63,245 nt of DNA, filler included, from Reticulomyxa filosa (GCA_000512085.1; 16 parts of 16 records of this genome joined end to end with filler, not necessarily neighbours in it); one strand, 5' to 3'; shown: positions 1 through 12,057, numbered from the whole stretch's first letter. Notes: generated by a model not told the origin, from the sequence alone. A program made the numbers and translations.

Positions 1-51
1 GCCCTAAGCCCTAAGCCCTAAGCCCTAAGCCCTAAGCCCTAAGCCCTAAGC
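1..51 (-). repeat. Telomere-like array (GCCCTAA)7; G-strand unit TTAGGGC
   Basis: Seven perfect GCCCTAA copies plus GC at the start of the window. The C-rich strand lies 5', as expected for a left chromosome end. Confidence 0.8.
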
Positions 52-1487
52 TTTAGGATGTAATATGAATGTAATTATTATTTTTTTTGAAAGAGCTTTT
101 TTTTTAATGAACTGATAATTAAATGAAAAGTGTTTTGTTTTTTTTATGCAAAAGTAGGAGATTTTTTGTTCAAAAACAAATTTAAATTTACAAAATCAAT
201 CATTATTACTGATTGTTCTTTTTTTCAACCTGTTTGCATCTGCAAGAGGAATTAGAAAACTCTCACACTGAACTTATAGCTTATTAACCACTTTTTATAA
301 ATCAAATTTATTTAAGTGATGTAAAAGTACATTGTAAAATATTATATTTGGAGAATATATTTGCTTTGGATAATTTTGATAATTTAACTGATTGGATTAG
401 AACACTTTAATTTTTTATGTTTTGATGCTATTCATCAAATTTAATTTGATATGAAGAAGTTGTCTAATGAGAACAAGGAACGAAGTTTTCGATTGTGCTC
501 TTATTCAATACTCTGTCTAAAACCAGTTGTAATAATCAAAAAACTAGAATTATTCTAAACAAAAACACTATATTCAGTTTTCATGTTTTCGAACAGAAAA
601 AATTGATTAAAATTGTTCTCAACAAGATGTAGATTTGAGATATTTGAAATTCATTTAATGTTGTGCACAATTCACACTTTGCTTATTATGCATTGTGGAA
701 ATAAAACAACATAGAAAAGTGTAGACATTTACAAATATTTGTTCATAGTTCGATAATTTTCAATATATTCTCAAAACAAATATTAGCCAACTGATTTGCT
801 CTTTATTTGGCGCACAACAAAAGCTAAGTTCATTTGTTTATGTAAAAAAAAGGAAACACTTCCAATCATTCAATGAAATAACACATTTATTAAATTTAAA
901 AAATTGAATGTGCTGTGTTAAATGAATTTTATACTTTATTATGTCAACATTAAATTGTTTTGCTTAACATATATCTAAACATTGATCCGTCCTAATCTTA
1001 TCATCAATCTTCAAACTCAATTTGAATAATTTTATAAAGGATCAATATAATTTATTTCAAAGTACATTTATTGATCAAAAAAACTGTCTTTCTTTCAAAT
1101 TTAGGACACCTTTTCACTTTCTTACGTCTATTGTTTCTTTTGAAAGATTAATGACACAAATATTTCAAGTTTTTAAATAATATTCTGTGTTCTTTAAAAC
1201 AAAAAAATTTATTCATGAATTACTAAAGAGACAATTGTATTCGATGATATACAAAAAACACAATACTTGAAATATCTTGAAATTTATTTTGCTATTGGAT
1301 ACAGTTTTCATTTATTATGCTTTTGAATTTTTTAAAAAATATTGAACGCAACTTTTTCAAATTTTTTAAACAACAAAGTAAGATAAAACACATCTTTCAA
1401 TGCTTGCATTCAATCAAATCAAACAAGTTTAATATCACTTCACCTTTCTTTTAATCAAACTTTTCAAACAAAAAATTTTTATCTTAT

Positions 1488-2067
1488 TCAACGAAAAGTG
1501 AATTGTTCCCAAATACGAATGTGCCCATTATATGAACCATAACACAAATTCAAATCATATGTGACATTCTTTATATTCTCTCCATTTTTCAAACTAATAA
1601 ATTTAAGACATAATATTCCATTATCTTCTTCATGATATCCTTCAATCACATACAATTCATCCTTATTTGATCGAATATCCCAAAATCGAATTGTATTATC
1701 TAGTGATCCGGAACATATCACATTTGAATTACTAATACTATTATTTATTACAAATGGTGAATATTCAACACACCATACTGTATTTGTATGTCCATTAAAC
1801 ACTTGAATTTGTTTATCAGATCGAATATCCCACAAACGAACACTTTTATCATCTGATCCAGATAATATTGTGTTCACTAATTCATTTGATCCATATTTTA
1901 CACTCCTAATCACACCTTTATGCTCTTTGAATACATTAAATTGTTTGGTTGTTTCAATATCCCATATTCGAATGGTTTTATCACATGATCCAGAACAAAT
2001 TGTATATCCATTTCCACCAATCACACCAATATTATTACTTTTATTATTACTATTGTCATTGTTATTA
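1488..2067 (-). CDS. WD40-repeat protein, 3' part (expanded lineage family)
   Basis: Repeats ICSGSCDKTIRIWD, ILSGSDDKSVRLWD and ICSGSLDNTIRFWD. The 5' end is cut by a linker. Confidence 0.9.
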
Positions 2068-2167
2068 NNNNNNNNNNNNNNNNNNNNNNNNNNNNNNNNN
2101 NNNNNNNNNNNTTAATTAATTAANNNNNNNNNNNNNNNNNNNNNNNNNNNNNNNNNNNNNNNNNNNN
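2068..2167. other. Artificial contig linker, first of 15. Others start at 5622, 8029, 10634, 17503, 19449, 22650, 25747, 31753, 33127, 42262, 44128, 46074, 56753 and 61629.
   Basis: Identical 100-bp N44-TTAATTAATTAA-N44 units with stops in all six frames. Confidence 0.98.
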
Positions 2168-2293
2168 CACTTTTTTTTTTAAAGGGTTTTTCGCATTAAA
2201 ATTTTTTTTTTGCAATTTTTCAATTACAAACTCTCCCCCCCTTTTTTTTTTTTTTTTTTTTTGTTTTTTTATTATAAAAAAAAAAAAAAAAAG

Positions 2294-4871
2294 CAATTTT
2301 GGGAAGAACAAAGACTTGAACAAGCATACCAAAAGAATGACGGATGGGAAGAAAAAGCGGAAAAAGAAAAAGAAACATATGAGCCATTGCTCCAGGACCA
2401 AATCGTGTTTATCATGGACGCAATGGAAAAAGGCAAAGATTTGGAAAGCGAATTGAAAGAAGCTTTGGAGTCTTCGGAAAAAACATCGTTGAAACAGAAG
2501 GAACAGACCATTGCCGAACAAAGAAAAAATTTGCCTATATTCAAAGACAAGGAGAAGATCATCGATGCTTTGAAACAATTTCAAACTCTTATTGTCGTTG
2601 CTGAAACTGGTTCGTTTGTTTATTTATTATGTAAGAGTATATGTGTATGTGCATGTGTGCGTGTGTGTACATGCCTCATCATCTTAACCTTTCCTATTAT
2701 TAGCCTTATGTATTTATTTCGAGTTCTTTAAAGATGTTTGAAAATAATTTGTCATTTATATTTGTAACTGCTGCCACAGGGTCAGGGAAAACGACACAAA
2801 TTCCCCAGTACGTATACGAACACAAAGACCTGTTTTTACCGCGCAATCAAAAAATGGCGATAACTCAGCCGCGAAGAGTGGCCGCGATGAGTGTAGCAAC
2901 GCGTGTGAGTGAGGAAATGGGATGTCGGTTGGGATCATTGGTCGGATACAATGTGAGATTTGAAGATCGCACGTCCGAAGAAACAGTGTTGACTTATTTG
3001 ACCGATGGTATGCTGTTGCAACAATTGTTAACGGAACCAGACTTGCGTTCATATAGTGTAATAATGATCGACGAAGCACACGAAAGAACATTACACACCG
3101 ACATTCTCTTTGGCTTGGTGAAGGACATAAGCCGCTTTCGTGACGATATCAAACTAATCGTCTCTTCTGCTACGCTGCAAGCCTATAAATTCAGTGAGTT
3201 TTTTGACGGAGCTCCAATTTATAGTGTCAGAGGTAGAACACATCCCGTCGACACATATTACTTGAAATTGCCCGAATCCGATTACTTGGAGGCTGCGGTT
3301 ATGTCAGTGCTTCAGGTAAAGACAATTCATTCCTAAAAAAAAAAAAATGATAATGATACTTATTAATTAAAACACGCTATATATTTATATATATGTATGT
3401 AATTCATGTGTGTTTTGTGTTTTAATGATCCTTACACCCACTTTCATTCATTTTGTTTCTCAAGTTCCACTTGACACAGCCGTCAGGAGATATCTTAGTG
3501 TTTTTGACTGGTCAAGAAGAGATTGATCTAGCGCAGCAAATGATTGAGGCAAAATTACGTGGCGCGGGAAGCCGCATAAAGGAAATGCTGGTACTGCCAA
3601 TTTATGCAAATCTGCCAGCGGAACAGCAAATTCGAATATTTGAACCGACACCGCCAAATTCGCGTAAAGTGGTTTTGGCAACCAATATTGCAGAGACATC
3701 ACTGACAATTGATGGTATAATATATGTCATTGACACAGGCTTTGCAAAGCAAAATAGTTTTGAACCGAAATCGGGAATGGATGCGTTAGTGGTGTCACCA
3801 ATATCTAAAGCGAGCGCAGAACAACGAAAAGGACGTGCTGGAAGAGTCGCACCGGGCAAATGTTTTCGCTTGTATACAAAAGACGCTTATGACAAAGAAA
3901 TGCAGGAAAGCACGATCCCTGAAATTCAAAGGACAAATTTGGCCAGCGTGGTGTTATTGATGAAATCACTTGGCATCAACGATTTTGTGAACTTCGATTT
4001 TATGGATAGTCCATCTGCCGAGACAGTGATTAAAGCGCTTGAGTTGCTATATGGACTGGGAGCATTGAATCATAAGGGAGAACTCACCAAAACAGGCCGT
4101 CGAATGGCGGAATTCCCTTTGGATCCACAAATGTCCAAATGTATCATTGAATCGGAAAAATATAAATGCAGTGCCGAAATTATCACTATTTGTAGTCTTT
4201 TGTCTTGCAATCATACCTTATATCATCGTCCCAGAGATAATATTGTCACAGCCGAAACACAACACAAAAATTTAATCAAACCTGGAGGAGATTTATTTAC
4301 AATGTTGCATATTTACAAATTATGGGAGGACAGTGAATATAGCAAGGATTGGTGCTTCAATAATTTTATTCACTTTCGGGCATTAAACAGAAGTCGAGAT
4401 ATTCGTGACCAATTGGAATTTTTGTTGTCTCGTGTTGAAATTGAGCCCGAATCGAGTGACGATAATGCAAGCATTGGGAAATGTCTATGCAGTGGCTATT
4501 TTATGCGCATTGCTATGTTAAGCGCTTCAGGAGAATATAAAACGGTCAAGACAAAACAACACGTATCAATACATCCCAGCAGCACACTTGCAGTTGACGA
4601 CAATGACGAAGAAAACAAAAAGCGAATGAGACAAGGTAAAGGCCGCTATATTAGCATTAAAAATCGACCCAAATGGGTATTATTTACTGAATTAGTCCTC
4701 ACCACTCAAGAATATATGAGAAATGTCATTGAAATTGAACCAAAATGGTTGTTGGAAGTCGCACCTCATTACTATGAAAAATCTTATATTGAACAACATG
4801 GAAATAGTCAAGCTCGAAAAATGCCAAAAAATAACCCAAAAGATGTTGCTTCAGCTCAGACGTTGGGTTGA
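2294..4871 (+). CDS. DHX16: Pre-mRNA splicing DEAH-box helicase, DHX16/Prp2-like (5' partial; introns ~2610-2779 and ~3316-3463)
   Basis: The spliced P-loop reads [13 protein letters not shown]. Other motifs are [31 protein letters not shown] and QRKGRAGR, followed by HA2/OB-fold. The [18 protein letters not shown] leader and KMPK tail fit DHX16. Confidence 0.88.
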
Positions 4872-5721
4872 AAGAATGTTTTCAAACTAATGCAATATTT
4901 TGCAAGTTGGATGTTTTGGCTTGAAAACATTTTTATTTGCAAAAATTCGAATTTACTTTTTGTTGAAGGTAACTTTGTGTTGTTTGGGCGATATCAGTTT
5001 GGATAGTGAAGCTATAGCTGAAAGCGTTGTTTGCAACACAAAAGTTTTTCAGGAATCTTTTTTCATAACATCTAACCTGGTTAGAAATTATTGATTACAT
5101 CAATTGCAATAAATTCAGTCTGCGGAAAGCAAAAGTTTAAGACTCCGTCATAATACAAGCAAGCGATACTACATCCACTTATGTAGAATGGAGCCTCTTC
5201 TTGGTTCAAGTAACAAAATTGTTAAAGCTAATTTTTTAATTTAAAGAAATGTACTAATTTTAAAACAACAAAAAATGTTTTGTTTTTATTTTATAACACA
5301 AACAACAAATAATCAATTAAATCAACTAATTAAAAATTTACCAAAAATATCTACAAAGAATTTCAATCTCTCAATAAAATGTATATAATTCTGCAAATAT
5401 CTTGTACATTTTCTTTGAAAAATAGTGATACAATTTCACACTTTTAGAACGAATAAAAATTTGTATCCGTCGAGGCCCTTACTTCTAAGAAACAAAAGCT
5501 TAAACTACATATTACCCAATATAGAGAAAGCCTAGTACCAACTTGTGATCATTCGGTTGTTAAAATAAGTTGAACGCCCATACTCCAAAAAAAAAAGGTA
5601 CCTACGAACATATATCATTCTNNNNNNNNNNNNNNNNNNNNNNNNNNNNNNNNNNNNNNNNNNNNTTAATTAATTAANNNNNNNNNNNNNNNNNNNNNNN
5701 NNNNNNNNNNNNNNNNNNNNN

Positions 5722-5945
5722 AATCCCATTTCTTATTGACCTTTTTAACAATACATTTCAAATTGTGATCGGCCATTGCAATGATGAGTTCCTCCTTGGA
5801 AAATTATTTGAGCTGGTCACATTCATCGGGCATGATCAAGATGTTGTCGGGATGAGTGTCCATATCAAACCCATCGTGTTTAAAAATTTGATACCCGTGC
5901 ATCAAGAGCGTATCATACGAGAGATAGATCACTGACGCTGACAGG
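5722..5945 (-). pseudogene. Decayed ABC1/AarF (UbiB) atypical kinase fragment, copy 1
   Basis: HGYQIFKHDGFDMDTHPDNILIMPDE aligns to the ABC1 pattern G.QIF..G.F.GDPHPGNI...PDG. It has an internal deletion and a stop. Confidence 0.65.
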
Positions 5946-6323
5946 CTGTCAGGCCATGTCAGCAGTAGAAACAGCAGGTTAAGCATGCAATTGAATAAAG
6001 CGCTAGTATGTTATGCAAATCTCTCAGCTTCTTTAATGTATAAGAGAAAAGCTTCTCATATAATAAGCATGAAGGGGGGAAGTTCGTAAAGCTATAAAAG
6101 TGTGTTTATGTGGAATCATAAACTGTAATGTTTGAACTTAAAATTTAAATGAATAAATAAAAAGTTTAGTAATTTTGGGAAATAAAAGTTGAACAATTAG
6201 TTTTTTTTTATTCATGAGCCAAACAAACACGAACGGGCCACGAGAACGAAAAAAAGTTTTTTTTGTTATAATCAATGATCTTTTAAAGTGCAGACAGCTA
6301 TTCAAGAGCCAATAACAAAAAAA

Positions 6324-6806
6324 ATGACAAAAAAGGACGTGTCATTGTGGTGTAGCACTTTGACTGTGTGGATGATACTGGTAGTGACCAGAGACATGAA
6401 CGCATATCCGTTGAACGACCCTTGCATTGTGTACAATCAAGTGCAAAACTATTCAACAGAAGACTGGGTGTGTGTGACATTGCCAGCAAACCAATACAGC
6501 GTGGACACTCATGACAAGGAGTTGTTAGTGAGAACGAACTGAAAGAATTACGACATGGCCACACTCACATATCGCGTAGCGTTGCACAATGACACATTGA
6601 TTTATCATTGCAACATCAACACACCAAATCGTTTGGGTTTTCGTAAGGCTTTATTCAAGCCATGCACATATCATGAATTTTCGGATGGCGTAAGTACTTC
6701 CTCGATCAATAAGTATGGCACTGAGACCACGTCACAGCCGGTTACCGTCACTTATAGTCCTATACTTTTTTGTAATCTTGTGTATGTACACGTTCTAGGT
6801 GATTAA
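6324..6806 (+). pseudogene. Putative secreted protein interrupted by one in-frame TGA (6540-6542)
   Basis: The ORFs at 6288 and 6555 share one frame. The N-terminus is hydrophobic (LWCSTLTVWMILVVT) and the region is GC-richer than its flanks. Confidence 0.35.
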
Positions 6807-7499
6807 TAATTTTTTTTGTATGTGATCCTTTTACATTTTATTGTTGGGCTGATTTGTTCATTTTTTTTTTACAATGTTTTTGAATTAATTGAATTATATT
6901 AAAGAAGAGCTAATGTCTCTTTATCTTTTCACTTATGTTATTTTAAAAAAAGAAAAGGATTTTATCTTTTTTTTTTCAAGTAGCATCATTCATCGCAAAA
7001 TTTTGTTGAGATAAAAAAAATGAACTCACTTGGAGATTAAAGATTTTTTCAACTGCAGAAACAGAGAAGAATGCAAGAAAAGATGGAAATCAAATTTATG
7101 TTGTGGGACGGGTTTGATAGTTGGTCATAAAGATTGTCTTATTTGTCTGTTTAAAAATGAGAAAAAGTTTGAGTTGATTGGAAATTCAATAAAGAAAAAA
7201 ATTGATCTTTTTCAAATCTAAACACTTTTCACTTAAAAAGACTACATGTGTCATAGACTAAAAAAAGCATGATCTCCAATTTAGTAAATACAACAATTTC
7301 CAAAAAAAAAAATAATGTTCGAAGCGGCCAGGTATGCAAAATGCTCACTTACTATTCCTCCATCTTTAATATAATTATATTTATATCTGTGTATGTGTTT
7401 GTGTATATTGCAATCGTTTTACACTTTTTTTTGATTGGGTGAGAAAAGATTATCTGAAAAAAATTAATTGATTGTAGACAAATAAACAAGATGAGAAAC

Positions 7500-8028
7500 C
7501 TCTCCAAAAAAAGATAACTGTACAACTCCAATCTCTTGTAAATGCATTTATCGTTGTCTCACGCATCCCAGCACAACTGACATTTGATGTTGTTTTTTAA
7601 TGAATCTAATCGAACTGAGACAAGCTTCGCAAAAGAAAGAATGTTCTTCAAGTCAAGAAAAAATTTCCCAAATTTTGATTCCCGACATCTCTTCAATAGT
7701 GATCATGACTTTGCTGAAGTAATGGTCCATGCGTTTGGGGATCGAAATTCCATTTCGTCCACCTTTTTAACAATACATTCTGAGTTGCAGTCGGCCATTG
7801 CAATAACCAGTTTACCCAAGTGGGCAAGTTTTTCCTTGGAAAGATGGTTCAACTGGTTGTGGTCAATAGGCCAAAGACGCTCATCGGGCATGGACATGAT
7901 GTTATTGGGATGATTATCTCCATCGAAATCCTCATTTTCGAAGATTTGATACTCGTGTATCAAAAGTGCCTTAAGAAAAAGCACCACATTGGGCACCAAG
8001 AACCCATAATACGAGAGACAGAGCACCG
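7500..8028 (-). pseudogene. Decayed ABC1/AarF kinase fragment, copy 2
   Basis: HEYQIFENEDFDGDNHPNNIMSMPDERLWPIDHNQL..LGKLVIAMAD..IVKKVDEMEFRS matches the ABC1 catalytic loop, DFG-equivalent and C-lobe. Stops follow downstream. Confidence 0.7.
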
Positions 8029-8128
8029 NNNNNNNNNNNNNNNNNNNNNNNNNNNNNNNNNNNNNNNNNNNNTTAATTAATTAANNNNNNNNNNNNNNNN
8101 NNNNNNNNNNNNNNNNNNNNNNNNNNNN

Positions 8129-8362
8129 TTCAATGGACATAAAGATTATGTATCGTCTGTTGAATATTTACCATTTGTAATAAAGAATAGTATTGTTAAT
8201 TCAAATGTGATATGTTCTGGACCAGGAGATAATACAATTCGTTTTTGGGATATTCGATCAAATAAGAAAGAATTGTATTCAATCGAAGGAGATGATGAAG
8301 ATAATGGAATAGAATGTCTTAAATTCGTATCATTGAAAAAGAAAGTGGACAATAATGAATGA
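8129..8362 (+). CDS. WD40-repeat protein, 3' fragment (ends early; possibly a pseudogene)
   Basis: FNGHKDYVSSVEY..NVICSGPGDNTIRFWDIRSNK..CLKFVSLK is paralogous to 1488-2067. Confidence 0.75.
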   Translation, partial: FNGHKDYVSSVEYLPFVIKNSIVNSNVICSGPGDNTIRFWDIRSNKKELYSIEGDDEDNGIECLKFVSLKKKVDNNE

Positions 8363-9837
8363 AATTTTGTTTTGATTTCCATTTTTGAATTTATTAAATT
8401 TATACTTTGGATTGTTGTTTAATTTATTTTTTGAAATTTTTGTCATTTAAGATAAAAAAAGGTTTATATTATTTTTGTGCGCTTTTAATAAGATATTGAG
8501 AAATAATTTGCTATAATACTGAATTTTTGGTATTTGATACTTTTGAGAAGCAGGAAATGCGTATCAATTAAAAAATTTCAAACATTAACCACAATTACAA
8601 ATAATAAATCTAAAAGCAGTTTCTCAAGACTAAATTGAGACCTACCAATGTTTGTTGCGTTAAAGTAGTTATTCTTTTAGCACTTTTTTAGGATTGAAGT
8701 AGATGATGTAAAAGGAAACAATATTTGAGATAAAAAGAAGAAATATTTGTTAAAAATTGAATATATCACGTATATTACAAATTACATGCTAAATAGTTCT
8801 AGGTTGAAATATTAACTAAAAATACGTAATAAATTCAATAGTAAGCAAATACTTTGAACTTTGTTCTGAAATATGTTGACAGTAATTAATTTTAGTATGT
8901 TTGATGTCGGTATTACGCACACGAAAATAACGATTTACTGCATTGCTGTAAATTATAAAATACATTCCACAAATTACAAAAGCTATTGTATTCAAACCTA
9001 AATGGGTTTTCAAATACTTAAAATACACTTCCAACAACAAAAAAAAAGCTATAGTAAACTAAAATTTTCAACAACAGAAACTTTAGTACTGAATTAGCAC
9101 TATTAACAAATTGCAAATAAAATTTAAAATTAAACTCAAAACAAACGAATTAAGCAAAAACATTTTTTAAAACTATTCTCTTTCTTCTATATCAAATTAC
9201 CCACTATTGTGTCACGCAATTGCACAACATCACTGATGTCGATCCGCAATTCCGGTATTACATTTGCGTCGAGTTCCACGTCCCTGTGGAAGTTTCCTTG
9301 GTTCTGCATTATTCACATTCAAAGACTTTACAAAGTTTTTTTTGTTGGCATTTTTCAAAGGGCTGTTTTTTTTTTGAAACATTGGATGGACCAGTAATGC
9401 GCGGAAACATCTACACAGCAAAGACAAGAAGAGATGTTATTAAAAAAAGGCAATAAAAGTGCAGCGCAAAGCGAAAGAATACAACATCAATAACAAATTT
9501 ACAAAATTATATTTATCAAATGATGTCTTTGGGTACACAAGTACAAGCAAACACTTAATTCTGGCAACATTGTCATTTTGAATAACATCATTATACGTTA
9601 ACACAAAAAAAAAAGAGATGATAAATTAAACCGAAATACATAAAACCACTTTGGACGTATATGTATGCATGAGAGACTTTTAGGAAATATTGGAAAGATC
9701 TCTTTTACGTATTTTCAATTGTTCTTGTTATATTCCTTTTTTGTGTTTTTGTTTTCGATCAAGTATTTTTTTAAATACAAATATTCATTCATATCTTTTC
9801 TTTTCCTTTTAAAATAATATTGATTATTTAACACTTA

Positions 9838-10633
9838 ATGACGACCAATCCATTTGTTCTGGCTCAATTGATACAAAACTTCGTGGATTTTAACGGCAAC
9901 AAACAAATTGGATCATTTAATGGACATTCAAATTCTGTGAGTTGTGTAAAATTTTCATCTTATCATTATCATAAATATTGTCAAAATGTCATTTATTTCA
10001 TCGTTTTTGGAATATCGAGCGTAATAAGCAAGTACAAATATTTCATGAACATGCTCAAGGGTGTGTGGAATTGAATTTTCATCATTTAATAATGGTCGAT
10101 ATTTGTGTTCTGGATCATATGACTATACTATTCATTTATGGAATGTTGAAACATAAAATCATTGCATGTTTTAATGGACATACAAATGGTGTTTTGTGTG
10201 TTGATATTTCACAATCGCAAAGCAAGAATGATAATTGTATTAGTGTGATTGGTGAAATGGATATACAATTTGTTCTGGATCATACAATTTGAATATGGGA
10301 TATTGAAACAACAAAACAATTGATTATTTTCAATGGACATCAAAGTAACGTATGGAGCGTAAAATATGGATTATTAAATACAATATTATCTGGATCATAT
10401 GATAAAAGTGTTCGTTTGTGGGATATTCGATCTGGTGACAAATTTAAGTGTGTAATGGACATACTGGTATTGTGTATGCTGTAGAATTTTCATCATTTAT
10501 GAACAGTGAAAGTAATAGTTATGATGAAACAATAATGTTTAAGCCAAATATAATATGTTCTGGATCAATTGATAATACAACCCGTGTTTGGGACATTCGA
10601 ACAAGTAAATAATTACATTTGATCAGATGAAAT
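9838..10633 (+). pseudogene. WD40-repeat pseudogene
   Basis: FNGHSNSVSCVKFS, FNGHTNGVLCVDIS and ILSGSYDKSVRLWDIRSG are spread over several frames with deletions. Confidence 0.85.
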
Positions 10634-10733
10634 NNNNNNNNNNNNNNNNNNNNNNNNNNNNNNNNNNNNNNNNNNNNTTAATTAATTAANNNNNNNNNNN
10701 NNNNNNNNNNNNNNNNNNNNNNNNNNNNNNNNN

Positions 10734-12057
10734 AACAAATGACTTAATTTTGGGTTCTCAATTTCTGTATATCCTTCTAATGTTGTAAACTTTTTTAATG
10801 TGGCTTGCATTTCTACATATACATCATGTTTTGGAACAAACAATTTAATATTGTGGAATCTGTGATGTGTCTTCGATTGTCGTTCAAAAAAGTCTTTATC
10901 TTCAGATACAATTAAATTAAATTTCTCTGCTTTCTTCATTACTGCCACTGCTGTTTGTAATTTGGTTGCATTATCACATAAAATAGTAAATCTTCCAACA
11001 TCAAATACTTGATTATAATCTCCACTATAATCATGTTGGATTTTTTCTAATAATCGTACCTTATCTTTAACTTTAGGTGGTTTTACTACTGTTATAAGAT
11101 ATTTTTGTAGTTCAGACACCAAATTGATTATCTCACCACTTATCATTGCATTTTCACTTCGGTTAATTAAATCTTCCAAACTCGTTGCATGTTGTCTTAT
11201 TTTTTTGGCCTTTATTTCATAAGATGATCCTAATTTGATTGTATAAAAGCATTGGTAATGATTATCTTTCACAGGAACTGGGTTATCATTTGAACTGATG
11301 GCATGCTCTGAATTAAAGATCATTGCCTTTATAATGGATGTAACAGTAAATTGTCCACAGTCTGGGCAACCATATGATGTCTTTTCTGAGTCGAATGAAA
11401 TATCACTAAATCCAATATTCACCCATACTGGTAACTTTGCTTTCGAAGCCAAGCAATCTATATTTGTGCAGTAACCTTGCAAATTAATTCCAGGTTTAGT
11501 TTCTCCAATTTCTACCTTTTCTTCTTCTTTCTTCAATTTATCTGGCTCTACTCCATCATTGTTATTTGTTACCTTTTTTATCCCACAGCCAACAAAAAAA
11601 AAAAATGTGCAAATGTCAAAAAAAAGAATGTAAGATAAGAAAAACAGAATACCAATAATCTTAACTTGTTCAGTTTTTTTCTCTTCAGTTGGACTTTGAA
11701 CAGCAGTCTATTATTATTTTGTTTTGCGATATATAAAAGTGATATTTGTATTGTTTTTTTTTTATTTTTTTTTTTTTTTTTTGCAAAAGTATAGATTACG
11801 TTCTGATCCAGCAATGAGACTGTGATCTGTTCAATCGCAGCTGACACGTTTCCATCGCTTTGTTCAAGCTTTTTCTGCAATGTCTCTTCTTTTACCACGT
11901 CACCGTACAATTTTATCAAGGTTTTTATTTCTGTTTCATTCTTTCCTGTCTTTGGTTCATCTTGCATGCCTCCTGCAAGTTTAACAGGTAATTCAGTAAC
12001 GAGGGATAGTGGATTTGCACCACTATGCGCGAGTACGCTTGTACCTTCATAAGTCAT
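10734..12057 (-). CDS. Multidomain protein (3' truncated): KLAGG leader, CUE-like domain, four-Cys domain, RelA/SpoT-like nucleotidyltransferase
   Basis: Two phase-0 GT-AG introns (~11799-11708 and ~11665-11573) join the ORFs in frame. Motifs include KVKDKVRLLEK..DY.GD, FDVGRFTI, HRFHNIKL and VEMQ, plus YCTNIDC...CPDC. The start may lie further upstream (12093 or 12207). Confidence 0.7.

Noticed and set aside
9200-9480. GC-richer patches with short ORFs (also 35270-35580 and 57760-58010)
   Set aside because: No recognisable protein or RNA motif. They are possibly old gene fragments but cannot be called.
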